Source of the DNA: Verrucomicrobiota bacterium
GTDB taxonomy: Bacteria; Verrucomicrobiota; Verrucomicrobiia; Limisphaerales; UBA8199
Reading direction: 5' to 3'
Assembly (NCBI GenBank): GCA_050011195.1
Contig: JBEKJO010000012.1
Span: forward strand, 895 to 64,894
Length of the DNA stretch: 64,000 nucleotides
Positions 62,470 to 64,000 of this stretch are shown here, in pieces; the stretch's first letter is position 1; each line of letters starts with the position of its first letter. The notes under the pieces were generated by a model. That model saw nothing but the letters and a program-made list of their open reading frames with translations, searched no databases and was not told the DNA's origin. The position numbers were made by a program, and so were the translations under genes.

Positions 62470-62885
62470 AGCTCCGTTCCCCACTCCGCCGCCGGCGGAC
62501 CCGTTTGGAGATCATTCCGCTGATCGACATCATGTTCTTTCTCCTCGCCTCCTTCATGATGGTCAGCCTTCAAATGCAGAAGGTGCGCACGCTCAAGGCC
62601 AGCCTGCCAACCGCCACGTTAGCGACCGCCGCCACCAAGCCCGATATGGTGACGCTCACCGTCGATCGCAACGGCCAGGTGGCGGTTGACAGCAAAGCGG
62701 TTGCCTTTCCCGATTTGCTGACGCTGCTAACCAATCGCTACAGCCTTAACACCAACCTCCCCGTCTATATCACCGGCACGCGCGATGCCACGCATGGCTC
62801 GGTGATGTATGTGCTGGATTTCGTCAAACGCGCCGGCATCCAGCGCGTCGCTATCGCGGTCAAGGCCGCCCCGGGCCATTCCTAA
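62466..62885 (+). CDS. exbD: ExbD/TolR-family protein (copy 2)
   Basis: RLEIIPLIDIMFFLLASFMMVS followed by a periplasmic domain. It overlaps the previous gene by 4 nt. Confidence 0.9.
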   Translation: MKLRSPLRRRRTRLEIIPLIDIMFFLLASFMMVSLQMQKVRTLKASLPTATLATAATKPDMVTLTVDRNGQVAVDSKAVAFPDLLTLLTNRYSLNTNLPVYITGTRDATHGSVMYVLDFVKRAGIQRVAIAVKAAPGHS

Positions 62886-62893
62886 AGACCACC

Positions 62894-63421
62894 ATGAAAA
62901 GCTTCCAGCAAAACCTGTTCATTATCGTGGCGCTCAGCCTTTGTGTCTTATGCGTTTATCAATGGTATGGCCAAAGTTTGCAGCGGAACGACATCCAGAA
63001 GTTGGAGCAAGCGGTCTATCTGAAGTCCGCTGCCATCCAGGCCTGCACGAAGTCAATCCAGACGATGGAACACCAAATCGCCCAGATGGACGCGCGAATC
63101 ACTGAGCTTAAGGCGGAGGTCAAAACCAACGCCGAACTCGTCATCACTCAGAAACGTGAGCTCAACCGCTGGCAGGCCACCGCCCACGGATTGACCAACG
63201 AAATTACCGAATACAGGATGGCGGTGGATGGCTTGCAAGGGAAGTTAAAGGAGGCTTACGATGGCATCCAAAAGCAAAATGCAGCCATGAAAGAGCTGGC
63301 GGCCCAGCGAGACGAGTTCGTGAAGAAGCTCAACGACAGCGTCAAGGAACGCAACGACATCGTCGCGAAGTACAACGATCTGGCTGCACAGGTGGAAAAA
63401 CTACAAGGGGGCAAACAATGA
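62894..63421 (+). CDS. Membrane-anchored coiled-coil protein
   Basis: An N-terminal TM segment ([17 protein letters not shown]) followed by about 140 aa of heptad-rich sequence. Confidence 0.6.
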   Translation: MKSFQQNLFIIVALSLCVLCVYQWYGQSLQRNDIQKLEQAVYLKSAAIQACTKSIQTMEHQIAQMDARITELKAEVKTNAELVITQKRELNRWQATAHGLTNEITEYRMAVDGLQGKLKEAYDGIQKQNAAMKELAAQRDEFVKKLNDSVKERNDIVAKYNDLAAQVEKLQGGKQ

Positions 63422-63774
63422 CCGCTCCAAACATAATCCTAAAGACCGAAAACTTGTCAGTGAGTTATCGCAGCCGCGAGCCAAAGCAGGGCGTCAATCT
63501 AGCGGTGCGCAACCTTAACCTCTTGGTGCACCAGGGCGAAGTCTTTGGTTTCCTTGGTCCGAACGGCGCCGGCAAGACGACCACGATGAACGTGTTGCTC
63601 GGGTTACCCACAGGCCCTCAGCTACATGGAACTATGGAAGGCTCGCTCGGCCACTCCGGAGGCGGTCCAGAAATACCTCGACGACGTCCGGCACAAAATG
63701 TCTTCGCCAGCGCCGGCCCCGGCGGCTCCTTCCCCGCAAACTCCGGGCCAGGCGCCCTGACCTCCAACCTATGA
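63418..63774 (+). pseudogene. Truncated ABC-transporter ATPase (N-terminal ~70 aa with Walker A only, then unrelated low-complexity tail)
   Basis: [10 protein letters not shown]...[24 protein letters not shown] is ABC-like. After about nt 63630 the frame reads [21 protein letters not shown]..., with no Q-loop, signature or Walker B. Confidence 0.5.
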
Positions 63775-64000
63775 CGCTGCTCGAAATCTCAGATCTCAAA
63801 AAGTCCTTCCTCACCCCGGATGGCTCGAACCATTGCGTCGTCAACGTGAAAACCTTTGCCCTCGCCGAACAGGCCCATGTGGCGCTGGAGGGCGAGAGTG
63901 GCTCCGGCAAGACCACCTTTCTCCACCTGATTGCCGGAATTCTTAAGCCGGATGCGGGCCGGATTGTCCTTGCCCGCCAGGAGATGTCCGCCCTCAACGA
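63771..64000 (+). CDS. ABC-transporter ATP-binding protein (3' end outside the window)
   Basis: [13 protein letters not shown]...[31 protein letters not shown] (Walker A). The ATG overlaps the previous stop (ATGA), and the frame is open to the window end. Confidence 0.8.
   Translation, partial: MTLLEISDLKKSFLTPDGSNHCVVNVKTFALAEQAHVALEGESGSGKTTFLHLIAGILKPDAGRIVLARQEMSALN

Overview
High-GC (roughly 60-65% by eye) bacterial chromosomal window. It is most likely from the PVC superphylum (Verrucomicrobiota-like), judging by a PEP-CTERM protein, a GloVer-repeat giant protein, a prepilin-type H-X9-DG protein and giant Ig-domain secreted proteases. I call about 55 protein genes. I saw no rRNA, tRNA, CRISPR array, transposase or integrase. 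Order of contents: adenylate cyclase 3' part and a truncated NQO-like remnant (1-989); an 11-gene minus-strand cluster (1081-10819) plus a winged-helix regulator (10943-11719); a 1.4-kb gene-poor segment; housekeeping and secreted-protein genes (hemerythrin, M14 peptidase, lepB, response regulators, an Ig-repeat protein, a 1823-aa S8 protease, a pseudouridine synthase); a minimal T2SS/T4P-like operon (25.5-30.6 kb) studded with 7-nt tandem repeats; glnK-amtB-glnA; rpsT; a GT2; a PEP-CTERM propeller protein; feoA-feoA-feoB; a 1989-aa S53/GloVer/Ig protein; and a ~14-kb metal-acquisition supercluster (ZIP, ZnuABC-like, porin, two TonB-dependent receptors, nikR, tonB-exbB-exbD-exbD). The standout is the 1081-10819 cluster. 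It places a eukaryote-like ubiquitin cascade (FHA plus RING/PHD-like zinc finger, ThiF-type E1, UBC-type E2 with HPN...C, a ubiquitin-like beta-grasp protein, a JAMM/MPN+ peptidase) directly next to a Pup/UBact-type tagging module (Mpa-like AAA+ unfoldase, Dop-like, a 66-aa protein ending in GGQ, PafA-like). All genes are on one strand with overlapping or near-abutting junctions, and no 20S proteasome genes are visible. All calls rest on motif recognition in the supplied translations and on reading the DNA. No database searches were run.
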